From Sphaeroforma arctica JP610 (taxonomy: Eukaryota): 38,726 bases of DNA. Shown here piece by piece: positions 1 through 10,100 of the stretch. The notes under the pieces were generated by a model. That model did no database searches, was not told where the DNA came from, and saw nothing but the letters and a program-made list of their open reading frames with translations. The position numbers and the translations under genes are program-made. Location of the stretch: assembly GCF_001186125.1 (NCBI RefSeq), contig NW_014040103.1, forward strand, positions 1 through 38,726. Reading direction: 5' to 3'. Every line of letters starts with the position of its first letter. Within the stretch, counting starts at the first letter, position 1.

Positions 1-132
1 TATATGTATAAATTTATTATAAATCTATCTATCTATCTATCTATCTATCTATTTATATATCTATCTATATCTATATCTATATCTATATCTATATATATAT
101 CTAAATCTATATATATATACGTATATATATGT
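1..132. repeat. (TATC)n/(TA)n microsatellite
   Basis: Runs of tatc/atct and tata are directly visible at the window start. Confidence 0.9.
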
Positions 133-160
133 ATTAGACGGGCTACCACATTAGACTCTA

Positions 161-908
161 TGTTATAAACGTACTCTTAAGCAGTACGTAAAATATAAAC
201 GTACTCTTAATAGTACAGGGAACTTAAGTTTCTTAACGGTTTTATTAATTGATACCTTTTCCATTTTACATATCAGATGTTTGCCCTCGGCCATTAAAGG
301 GCCCGATTAGAATGCCAAAGATAGGATTTGGAATAGTTTTATTAATAGAACTATATTTTATTCCAAATCTATTTGTATCTGAATACTTCGGTAGCGAGAT
401 GGCTCAACCGAAAAAAGGTTTCTAGGGACTATTAATATTACTTAGTTGATCCTCCGTTCAGCCAACCAGATGTGCCAGTCTGGTGATTGCAAGTCGGTAA
501 TTCTTGATAAGTGGAAAGTTATTGGTTAAGACAAGAACAAAAGACATCAACAGTATTTTCTTTTCTTTTTACATTTTTTTTTTCTAAAGATAGGATTTTA
601 AGAGTCTTTCGAATTCGATCGAATAACGAAAAGATAAATAAAATGCCTTCGGCGAAAACAGTACAGAGAGGAGTATATACAGGCAATGTCTCAGAGTATT
701 GCTGTTTTCACGAGGCAAACATAACTTCACTAAAAGACTAATTACGTTTATTTTGCTTTAATTTCATTTGAGCTTTAGAAGACTTCATTACGTTTAACTA
801 TTCTAAGACGTTAATATCGCCTTAAGAGACCGAAACTTACACATTTTAAGGTTAGCAAAGGTATTAATTACTTAGACTACTTAAATGTAAAGGTAGATAA
901 CTACCACA
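161..908 (+). repeat. Probable 5' LTR
   Basis: Non-coding AT-rich block starting TGT (161) and ending ...CTACCACA (908), 60 nt before the gag ATG. It has an internal 17-bp direct repeat TATAAACGTACTCTTAA (164-180, 194-210) and an AATAAA at ~636. No second LTR is present in the window, so the boundaries are unconfirmed. Confidence 0.5.
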
Positions 909-909
909 A

Positions 910-922
910 TTTTTTTCTTGTC
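910..922 (+). promoter_or_regulatory. Candidate non-tRNA primer-binding site (polypyrimidine TTTTTTTCTTGTC)
   Basis: Directly follows the putative LTR CA end and lacks the TGG of a tRNA PBS. It is complementary at 12/13 positions to GACAAGAACAAAA at 530-542. Confidence 0.4.
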
Positions 923-967
923 CAAGAGAGTCCTTAAGAGACCAGCTAGCAGTCATAAGTTAAGATT

Positions 968-3109
968 ATGACCAAGAAAGACAATACTCGTTCTAAGAAG
1001 AGTAGAGCTGAAAAGAAGAGGATGGAGAGAGACGCCGCTGCTGCTGCCGTATTTAACGCGACCGCAGAAGAGGAAAATCAATCAGTAACCGAAATCATTG
1101 CTACTGGTATTAATAACCAGAACAATACAGCAGATAAGGGTGAAGACACTCCATTAAAAGAGAATTCCCCTGAAGAACGAGCCCGCGGGCCAACTATTGC
1201 GTCCGCTTCGAAGCTTACGTTTACGAAGCCAAGAAGCGACGCAAAAGGATCGGTTAAGACGATCCCTACTAATCCTGATGAGAACACTCAGAAGGATCTA
1301 ACTCCAATTACAGAGAAAGGAGACAACCCGCATAAGCAAGAGGATGAGAAGGAAAGCTCAGAGAGCCGACCCGAATCAGAATCAAACCAGCCATCGCATA
1401 TAAGTAAGTTGATCGATGAGAACACTGAACTTAAGAATTAGTTAGCCGCACTGAAGAAGCAAACGACCATTGAACAGGTAGAGAAGACTTATGAGTCAGG
1501 TGAGAAAGCAAAATGCTTACGCGAACATATTTCTCCCGGTAATACTCAAGCTCTTGAAAATTGGACCGCCCGTGAACTGGAAAAGCCAGTTACGGACGAG
1601 CCCGAACTACCAGGTTTTGCGATAGCCTTTGCGGATTTAAACCCCGAAGAGCAGACACTGTTCACGCCAGGAGTTTCCCCTGGACATGAATCTGCTATTC
1701 TCGAGGATATTATAAACCCCGAGACAAGAAAGAAGACTCAGCAGGAGCTTCCCCATTTGGAAAAGGCCCCACGCCAAGTACCAAAGTCTACGGGATATAT
1801 TCTTCCTATGCATCAAGACCCACAGGTGATTATACCACCTGGGCTTCACATTAACGCTATTATGGACTTTGGGGCACATTTTCGTAGCACTAAAGCTGCC
1901 CGTAGGCGCGCCAACGACATCGAGTTTAATCGAGTCGATCGGCACGCTATTCATCAGCCTGCCGAAGATTTCCAATCTGAAGAGGTAACCGCGCTAAATC
2001 AGGCCGTAAATGATAATACTCTACAGATGGAGACAGCGCATGACTTACACAACGCTAGCGACGTCACCCACTACGTTAATCTAATCGCTATTAAGCAAAG
2101 ATGGATATACCAACCACTGCAGGCTCAACGTGGGCAAGACCACCGCGATATCCAGAAGTACAAGGGGCTGATCAGTCGACTTAAGTCGAACTGGGACGCC
2201 AACAGCAATAAGGACGAGTTCATAAATAACCATGATCTCGATACCCTGATACGCACCTTAAACGCGTTCACGTTAATGTTGGTGACGAATGATATCGCTC
2301 CGCAACAGTGGATAGCTGTGTTAATGCAGTCATTTGACCCTGAGGGTACAAGTTATTTGACTCTATAGAGACATCTCCACGAACTAGACTAGTGTCGAAA
2401 CTGGACAGCAGTATGTTGGTCAGTATCATCCTTGTTGAGTAAGGACATGCGCAGTCCAGGGAGCCAGCACCAAACACTACCATACAGAGCTACATATTAA
2501 AACTCGATGCTGATTTACAATGTCCCAATATTAAGAAGGAAAAGATACATCGATGGTACGAGTTCCTGGCTATGTATGTGTTCTGTATGAAAATTAGCAA
2601 TAATGACCAAGAAATTTTGTATACTGAACTTAGACGTAAATACGCAAACACACCTTGAGATTTTAGGTCATGAAACAAAGTTTTATCTGACCCGCCTTGA
2701 ATGGGACAAGTACTATCAAACTGTGTCAACTTTGTATTCTTCCAGTCGAGTAACCTCGCAGACAAAGGCGGTTGTTACGAAACCGCGGGAGCAGACCGAT
2801 CAAGGGTACGTATCCAGGCAGACCTCAAACGAGAGACCCCAACATACACGTCCACGTGAATCTACTCAATTTACACGCCCTGTTAAGAAGGTGCGTGAGG
2901 AGCACAAGGAACCTGCATACAAGCAAGTTAAGAAATGTGCTGATGAGAAAATTGGTTATGACATGTACCAGTAAACCCCTAACGGTAACTGGAACGGAAA
3001 GTATGCCTATTCTAGTAAACACTATCTTACAAAATGCGATAAATGTGAGAAGACCAATGGCTACCACACTAAATCGTGTAACGTCAGACCCGACATCGAG
3101 TTGTACTGA
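968..3109 (+). pseudogene. gag: Retrotransposon gag-like ORF, disrupted
   Basis: ORFs 968-1441, 1757-2368 and 2603-2974 share one frame, and 1442-2365 is open. Stops at 1439, 2366, 2390 and 2972, with probable local frameshifts at ~2400-2700. C-terminal knuckle-like CDKCEKTNGYHTKSC. Lies directly upstream of the protease. Confidence 0.75.
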
Positions 3110-3627
3110 CGATACTACCGGGTACAATCGTTACACAGACAGTACAACGACTCTTTAGATGAGCGTGTAACAATCCCTGTATATTGCAATGGAAATAAAA
3201 TCCTTGCGTTGATTGATCCTGGTTCTGAAATTTCATGCATATCCGATCGTTTTGCATTAATGAAAGATATCGAAAGGAGAACACAAACAACTCGCCTCAT
3301 TTTAGCTGATGAGAAAACCTCCAAGTGTGAAACTATGGCAACAGATGTTAAGGTCTCGTTAGCCGATGATAGGAGTATCACTACTCAAGATGTGATAGTT
3401 AAGATGTCACAGAAGTACAACATTATAGTCGGAATGAGCGATATACTCACTCTAGGTATAACAGTAACTGGTTTACCAAATAACATAGATCCATTAAAGG
3501 ATCAATCAGACGATAACTGTCTGAATCCATATAAGGCCCCGTCAGACACAGTCAAGACATTAATACCTGACTTTGCTAACAAAATCATGGATCAGATTCT
3601 AGTAAATAAGAAGATAAAGATCACAGA
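3110..3627 (+). pseudogene. Retroviral-type aspartic protease (copy A), truncated before RT
   Basis: Translation reads VTIPVYCNGNKILALIDPGSEISCIS (D-[ST]-G-like site, here DPG) ... YNIIVGMSDI (ILG-x-D motif). Confidence 0.85.
3276..3627 (+). repeat. Left arm of 352-bp inverted repeat (partner 5944-6295)
   Basis: Manual alignment to the reverse complement of 5944-6295 gives about 10 mismatches and no gaps. Confidence 0.95.
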
Positions 3628-3629
3628 GG

Positions 3630-3974
3630 CGAATTCTTTCACACCCTATTTTTAAAGGGATTAATGAAAGATAACCCTGAAGTACATGCACATAGAATAT
3701 GTTCTGGTGCTTCAGCTTATGGTTTTGCGTCAGCCAAGCAAGAATGTATTTATCATTCTGCTCCTCTAGAATAAAGGTAGGGTGTTGAGAATCCACTTGC
3801 GTGGTCTCTAAGTCTGTAGTGTTTCCAGACTCCTGCCCTGCTTTCGCATGAGTGTCATAAGTGCGCTCATGTGCGTTAGATACACCTGATGTATTAAATA
3901 GTCGCATTATATGTGTATACGCTTCAGGGTTATCTTTCATTAATCACTTTAAAAATAGGGTTTGAAAGAATTCG
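3630..3974. repeat. Inner 69-bp inverted repeat (3630-3698 / 3906-3974)
   Basis: CGAATTCTTTCACACCCTATTTTTAAAGGGATTAATGAAAGATAACCCTGAAG... matches the reverse complement of 3906-3974 with about 7 mismatches. Confidence 0.9.
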
Positions 3975-3975
3975 A
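3699..3975 (-). pseudogene. Pol linker and probable first half of the integrase HHCC zinc-binding domain, truncated
   Basis: Reads ...FILEEQNDKYILAWLTQNHKLKHQNI (IL..L...H...H spacing) at the position expected for Gypsy integrase. Cut off at the inversion junction ~3699, before any CxxC. Confidence 0.5.
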
Positions 3976-4590
3976 GCTTGGATTTATGTTATTAAATAAA
4001 GTCCGGGCTAGAGATTGACGCTTCTTAATTGTAGTGTCAATAGTAGATTGTATTTCTTGTGCACAGACTTTAAATGCTGTGTTGCCTTTGAACTGCTTAA
4101 CGTTCAATTGGGTAGAGAGTGGAATCTCTGATTCTTTGACCTTGTTAAGGAAGGTCTCAGAAGGGGTCCATTTGGTTGTTCCAATGGGACCTATACGACA
4201 TATCATAGTATGTCTCCAGGGCGTCTTCTGGACGACTCGGGTACTCTGATATAGGAAAGTATCTACTTCCCTATCTAAATATATTGGCTCGCATTGTATC
4301 ATGCTTATCAATTTATTGAGCCATGGATCTTTACTCCGTAATGGGCAACACAACGTGATGGTAGCTTTATGTATATGAACATAATTTAATAGCTGGGCAA
4401 TTAACTGCCATGGTGGATTAACCCACGCATTATGTTTGGAGAGGTCTATTTGAAAGGCGTCTCCCAAAGGATGATTTAAAGTCCTGTAATTCGATAGTTG
4501 TGCATTATGATGTGCAGCAAACATATCTATGGAACGTGGCCCACATATTTTTGAGCCAGTTCAAACCACCTGGGATTACACTTTCAGTCA
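3949..4590 (-). pseudogene. DNA N6-adenine methyltransferase domain (DIRS-MT/phage Dam-like) within pol
   Basis: Reads D*KCNPRWFELAQK[1-nt frameshift]CGPRSIDMFAAHHNAQLSNY...DAFQIDLSKHNAWVNPPWQLIAQLL...ATITLCCPLRSKDPW. This contains the DxFA SAM-binding motif (4527-4516) and the catalytic NPPW (4419-4408), in the layout of the DIRS methyltransferase domain. Confidence 0.85.
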
Positions 4591-6295
4591 GTGGCTAGTA
4601 ACTCACGTACGGACTTATTAAAGTCCGGTAAATGGTTATGTATTCCTGGCAGATGTTTTATATCAAAATGAAACTTTGATATTGTATCATGCCAGCAACT
4701 CAGTAATTGTGAGTCGGTTTTTATCTCTTTCATATATTGAAAAGATTTCTGATCACACATCAGCGTAAATGCTGTTCCGTATAAGTTTTCTCGAAAGTGT
4801 GTTAGAGCTGCCACTATGGCTAATAGCTCTTGTTTAACAGTTGGACAATTCAACTGTGAAGCATTTATCGCTCGACTAAAGAATTGTATATATCTAGGTT
4901 TGTTATCTATTACCTGATGTAATACTCCTCTTAGGGCTAAGTCGGAGGCTTCCGTTACTATTTCAAACGGCACGCCATCGACTGGCCCTTGTACTACAGG
5001 TGCTTGTTGGACGGCGTGTTTGAGTGCTTTAAACGCATCATCCCACTCTTTTGTCCACAAGTCGCCTAGTTTACCTTTGTGACATCTTAGTTGTCCAAAA
5101 GGTTTGAGGTAATCAGCCAAGTGTGGTACTCCATCTGAAAAGAAGTTTACAAACCCACTCATGCTGTTAACATCTCTTCCTGTAGTTGGTGTTCGCCAAT
5201 CTAACAGGTTTTCCACCTTACCGGGGTCGATTTTAATACCTTCCCCAGATATTCGGTAGCCTAAGAGCTGTATTGCGCTCATGGCAAAGTGGCATTTCTT
5301 CTCGTTAATCTTGAAGTTTTGCTCGTTGAGTCTCTTAAGGACTCGTCTGACTAATGCGGCATGTTCGCCCTTAGTCTTAAAAAAGATGACTATGTTATCT
5401 ATATAGACTTGCACGTTAGTCATGTCTGCAAATATTTCATCCATTACTTGTTGGAAGAATGTTGGTAAAGAGTGCAATCTGAAAGGTGCCCCTCTAAACC
5501 TTTATTGTTTACCTTTCCACGTAAAACTAAAGTATTTACAATGTGGATCATATATCTGCATTTGATGGTATCCTTGTGTAAGGTCTATAGTTGTAAATAC
5601 TGTAGCACCTTCCATCCTTCGCAGTAGCTCGTTAATACGAGGTAGGTGAAAGCTATGAGTCGGCAATAATTTGTTTATTGGACTCATATCTAAACATACT
5701 CTGACTTTCTTAAACGATCCGTCAGAGTTATGTTGGTCTACGGCTAACAATGCCAAGTTAACTGGCGTATGTTGATAGTTAATTTCTATCACTCCATCTG
5801 CTAACCATTTCTCAACTTGTTCTTTTACCGCAGCCTCGTGTCTCCAGGATACATAGTTCCTTGAGTGGCACTTCAACTGTCTAAAGTTCACCTTGGTTAA
5901 GTCAAGGCTGACATATCCGTCGTGAAAACGGAATTTTGCCCAATCTGTGATCTTTATCTTCTTATTTACTAGAATCTGATCCATGATTTTGTCCGCAAAG
6001 TCAGGTATTAATGTCTTGACTGTGTCTGACGGGGCCTTATATGGATTCAGACAGTTATCGTCTGATTGATCCTTTAATGGATCTATGTTATTTGGTAAAC
6101 CAGTTACTGTTATACCTAGAGTGAGTAAATCGCTCATTCCGACTATAATGTCGTACTTCTGTGACATCTTAACTATCACATCTTGAGTAGTGAGACTCCT
6201 ATCATCGGCTAACGAGACCTTAACTTCTGTTGCCATAGTTTCACACTTGGGAGTTTTCTCATCAGCTAAAATGAGGTGAATTGTTTGTGTTCTCC
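4584..6295 (-). pseudogene. pol: Ty3/Gypsy pol: protease C-terminal part, reverse transcriptase, RNase H (copy B)
   Basis: RT motifs KVRVCLDMSPIN, FTTIDLTQGYHQM, APFRLHSLPTFFQ and YIDN (degenerate YxDD). RNase H motifs FEIVTEAS, ELLAIVAALTHFR and HLPGIHNHLPD. An in-frame TAA at 5502-5504 joins the two ORFs. Confidence 0.95.
5944..6295 (-). repeat. Right arm of 352-bp inverted repeat (partner 3276-3627)
   Basis: Encodes the same protease segment (MATEVKVSLADD...NKKIKIT) as the + strand copy. Confidence 0.95.
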
Positions 6296-7111
6296 ATCAA
6301 TTATGTACGTCTCTTAAAGGGACTGTAAAAGGGCACATGATTTCGCGAGCTTTGTGATAGATAATTTAATATAGTATATATTGATTATTTGTTCCAGAGC
6401 ACGATGATAAGGCTGCATGATGCAACAAATTGCCAAGATAAGGCACTTTACTTAACCACTATACTAAGTATTAAACCTTTGTTGTACCGTGACATGCTTG
6501 TGGTCCTTAAGTTTCTGTTTAGCTCCCGAGATTGAATGAGAAATTGATGTAGTCAAGAATAAAAGGAATTTGCGTTCCATACTGTACTTTTGCTCTGACT
6601 GGTCACCAAATCAAAGCAAGTACGCTTATCTCAGTAGATAGATACCTATTCACTTGGAAAATAAGTTTGAGGGGCCATTCGGAGGGCGACTTTGTGTATA
6701 CCAGCCACTACGTGAGCTCAATCTTATTTCTTTGGTACAGACTTATGTAAAGAATACTAGATTACAGTGAAGCATGAGGAATTACAATACAAACAAGTTA
6801 TAGTGTGAAGTGTATTTAATTTGCTAGCGTATATTGCTACTATCTACTGTTGCTTGAACATGTGGACTAGAAGGACGATTTGTCTAGTGCTTCTGGTGCT
6901 GGAAATGAATTGATTTATACTGTGAGATCAATTTATTGTATTGAACCTGTTGTACAATTAATGGTCTTCATACCACACCAGCTTATAAGGGGCACCGTTC
7001 AGCCTATTGATAATTCTACGATATCATTGATCATAGAAATAGTATCACTGGTGTCAGAAATAAGCACTTCGTTCAACGAAATGTCGCACATATATATTGC
7101 GACGTGGTACT

Positions 7112-10100
7112 TCAATCGCCTCTTAAGTCCTGGGCTGACTTGGCCCTGTCATCGGCATAGCTTGCATACATAATGCACGCGAATACCGTCATAACCATCT
7201 TCTGGTTAACTTCGACAATATCCTCCGGCAGAGCATATACCCCAGCACCAACCTTGCGAGCCTGTAAATGAGAGCGATGGTTTTCAATAGGTAAAGTGTG
7301 TATCAGTAAATTAATTTTGGTGAGCTGGGGGTGGTCATCATTATGTAGAAAGTGGGGAGGGGGGAGGGACCTACAGCAAGTACGTATATTTGCATTTCAA
7401 AATAACCTACTGCATGTATCTATTCTTTATACTATTACATCAAAGTACCACGAATTATTAAGCACAAATGTGGATTGAAAACCTTAATATACGAACATAT
7501 AGGACATGATCAGTTTAAACTAGTAGCATGAATAAGTAGATGAGACAAACACAAATCAAATCCTACGTAACACGACACATACCATGGAGATGGCGTATTT
7601 AGCGTTGGTCAGCTCATCTTTCTCAGAAGATGCATTTTTAATGACGTGATCATAGTTGATCGACCCGGGTTTGATTGAGTCTATCAAATCAATAACGGCC
7701 ATGGAATCGGAAATACTGGAATCTGTAAGGTGGGAACCGAGACGGGTGAGTAAGTAATAAGACATCACCAGATGTTAAATACTGGACAATGGAGTCCTAA
7801 ATAAGTGACAATTGAGTCCTACATAAGTGGACATAAGTGTAAACTGGACACAATGGAGTCCTAAATAAATGGCAATTGAGTCCTAAATAAGTGACAATTG
7901 AGTCCTACATAAGTAGACATAAGTGTAAACTGGACACAATGGAGTCCTAAATAAGTGACAATCTTACATAAGTAGACATAAGTGGATAACGGACAATGGA
8001 GCCATATATAATGAATACTGGGATAGTAAACGAGCAGTCCTCGGAGTATACTGGAAGTGCATAACAAGAAGGTCGAGTCCATAGTCGAAAGTATTGAATC
8101 ATAATATTCAAAACATTCGGATAAAAGGTGACCGTACTTTTGAAGTTCTTAATGCTGGAGGACTTCTCATACTCTGCCAGTTTACTGTTGGTCCAGGCGA
8201 TAATGTCTTTGTCGACCATCGGCTGGTCAGTCTTGGCGATGTTCTTTAACATCTCCAAAGTGTACGCCCGCATCAACTGCCAAACAATTGCAAGCGTGAA
8301 CATCTGGTGTCCATCATAGATATCCTTGCCTGAAATTCGTAAACAATTGGAAGTTGCATAAATGAGATAAACGACAGCGACTACAATATGCATAACTGTT
8401 AAATTCATAGCATGGTGCTCAGTGCCGTGTCATTAAGTCACTCGTATGGTAGGCTAATGAAGTGCATATCTGAGACTGTCGACACGCCAATTCAACAATT
8501 GGCGACATAATAGATACGATGGAAGGTGACCTCGAGGTCTGTAATAATTCAGTAGCCTTCGTGGTACTCAAGGTACTCTTCCAGACATCCTTATGACCCT
8601 CTGAAGGAACTCAGCCAACCTCTCAGATATGTGGTCTGAATGTACTCTTCCAAACATCCAAATATGTGGACACTCTCACACACCATATCATTAGTGGGAA
8701 CCAAATCGCAGATGCATATAAAAGGGGCACATACCGTCAATTCCAATAAGGGAAAACTTTTTCTCCTGGCCAAGCTTGACAGCGTAGTTGTCGTTCTCGA
8801 TCTTCTTCATGATGCCACCCATCTTTGTAAACGGAGCCTTGTTGACAATCTTCCAGTCGACCAAGCCAGGGTACACCTTATCAAACAACTCCAGCAGCAC
8901 TTGGCCATCACGGAGGTCTTGGTAGATGCTACCTACATACTGCACACCCAAACTGTTCATCCAGTTCCTGAAGGTCTTTTCCTCGCGCGTCTCGTTAATC
9001 TCCTCAATCTCCACAATCTCTTCCTCCTCAATCTCCAGGTGAGGGTACTGTATAACCGGGTGCGTGACAATGCCAAGCGGGATGGTGGTGAACGTCGTGC
9101 AATGCGATTCCAATTCCGCCAGTGTTGATCGCACTCGTGTCACATACCCTTGTTAAGATCAGAGTATATCAATCACTTCGGACGTGGGTTCGTGCCAGTG
9201 TCGCGGTCATGCTTCGTGTGAGATGGTGTGCTACGGATAAAAACAGTATAGTGCCGGCCATTCACTGAGATATAGACAGAACCTCACATTCAACATATTA
9301 AAATCGGCGTATGAACTCCCACATATTGCCGCAAACATTGCGTGAAGATAACATTTTATCCTTAGATTTTTTTATTGATTGACAATCACTCATACACTCG
9401 TACCTTAGTGAACATATACGTATGCGACATAACTTTAACTTATACAAACACGAACCGACGTGACCTACACACACATACCAAGTTGAACAAATTAGCGACA
9501 AAGGCAAGATTCAGCTTAGCATTTCCGTTGGTCACATCCTTGGGCTTTACGAAGCGTCGACAGTCAATTTTGGTCGCATTCACCAACATAGACTCGGCAC
9601 GCTTCTCCAAGTTGCTCTCCTGTGTGAGAAAACAAACACATACGACCGCCATGTGAGTATAACGACAGGTACGATAGGGAGAGAAAGTGTTTACAGTAGA
9701 ACGTGGCAGAACGTAGAGGACCGCAGTGAAACATGAATAGGGCAGTAGCTAGTATTGAACGGCTATTAAGCAACTCATGTGTGTCCAAGCCGTGACCAAC
9801 GGCATTGACGAGGCCATTTTACCAGTTTGCAGCACGCCCAAGAAACCAAGGCAATGCAACCGCCTTGGCTAGATGCACGCGAGGAAAAGGATAGAAAATC
9901 GCTCAGACTGTGCTTTTCAGCCATAGCGTGTTAGTATCTCTTATTCCATACATGAGATTTTAAATCAACTACACATACATACCTGCAATGGCGTAAGGTC
10001 CACCCCGAACTCTTTGGGCGCAATCTGCTTGAGCAGCACCGTGTAGCCTTCACTATCCTTAATGTCGGCGCTGAAGTTCTTGACCTGCTTATCCGAGCCC

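Larger units (their letters stand above)
161..6295. mobile_element. Degenerate, rearranged Ty3/Gypsy LTR retrotransposon (two partial copies in inverted orientation) carrying a DNA adenine methyltransferase domain
   Basis: Gag-like and aspartic protease sequence on + (968-3627). Protease, RT, Ty3-type RNase H, NPPW methyltransferase and integrase start on - (6295 to ~3699). Several in-frame stops and frameshifts. The left boundary is inferred. Confidence 0.9.

Noticed and set aside
511..741. 76-aa ORF upstream of gag
   Set aside because: GTG start, poly-T-derived Phe run, and located inside the putative LTR.
3699..6295. DIRS (tyrosine recombinase) element, suggested by the MT domain and inverted repeats
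   Set aside because: It has an aspartic protease and Ty3-type RT/RNase H motifs, and no recombinase motifs were seen. The inverted repeats are coding segments, not terminal ITRs.
968..6295. RIP-like or methylation-driven mutation signature in the element
   Set aside because: The stops and the differences between the two arms include both transitions and transversions, with too few sites to support a bias.
7781..8003. CRISPR-like array
   Set aside because: There are no unique spacers and no cas genes, and it lies in a eukaryotic intron.
8640..9128. + strand ORFs opposite exons (also 13928-14275, 25504-26023, 28951-29367 and similar)
   Set aside because: Antisense shadows of real exons, caused by codon bias.
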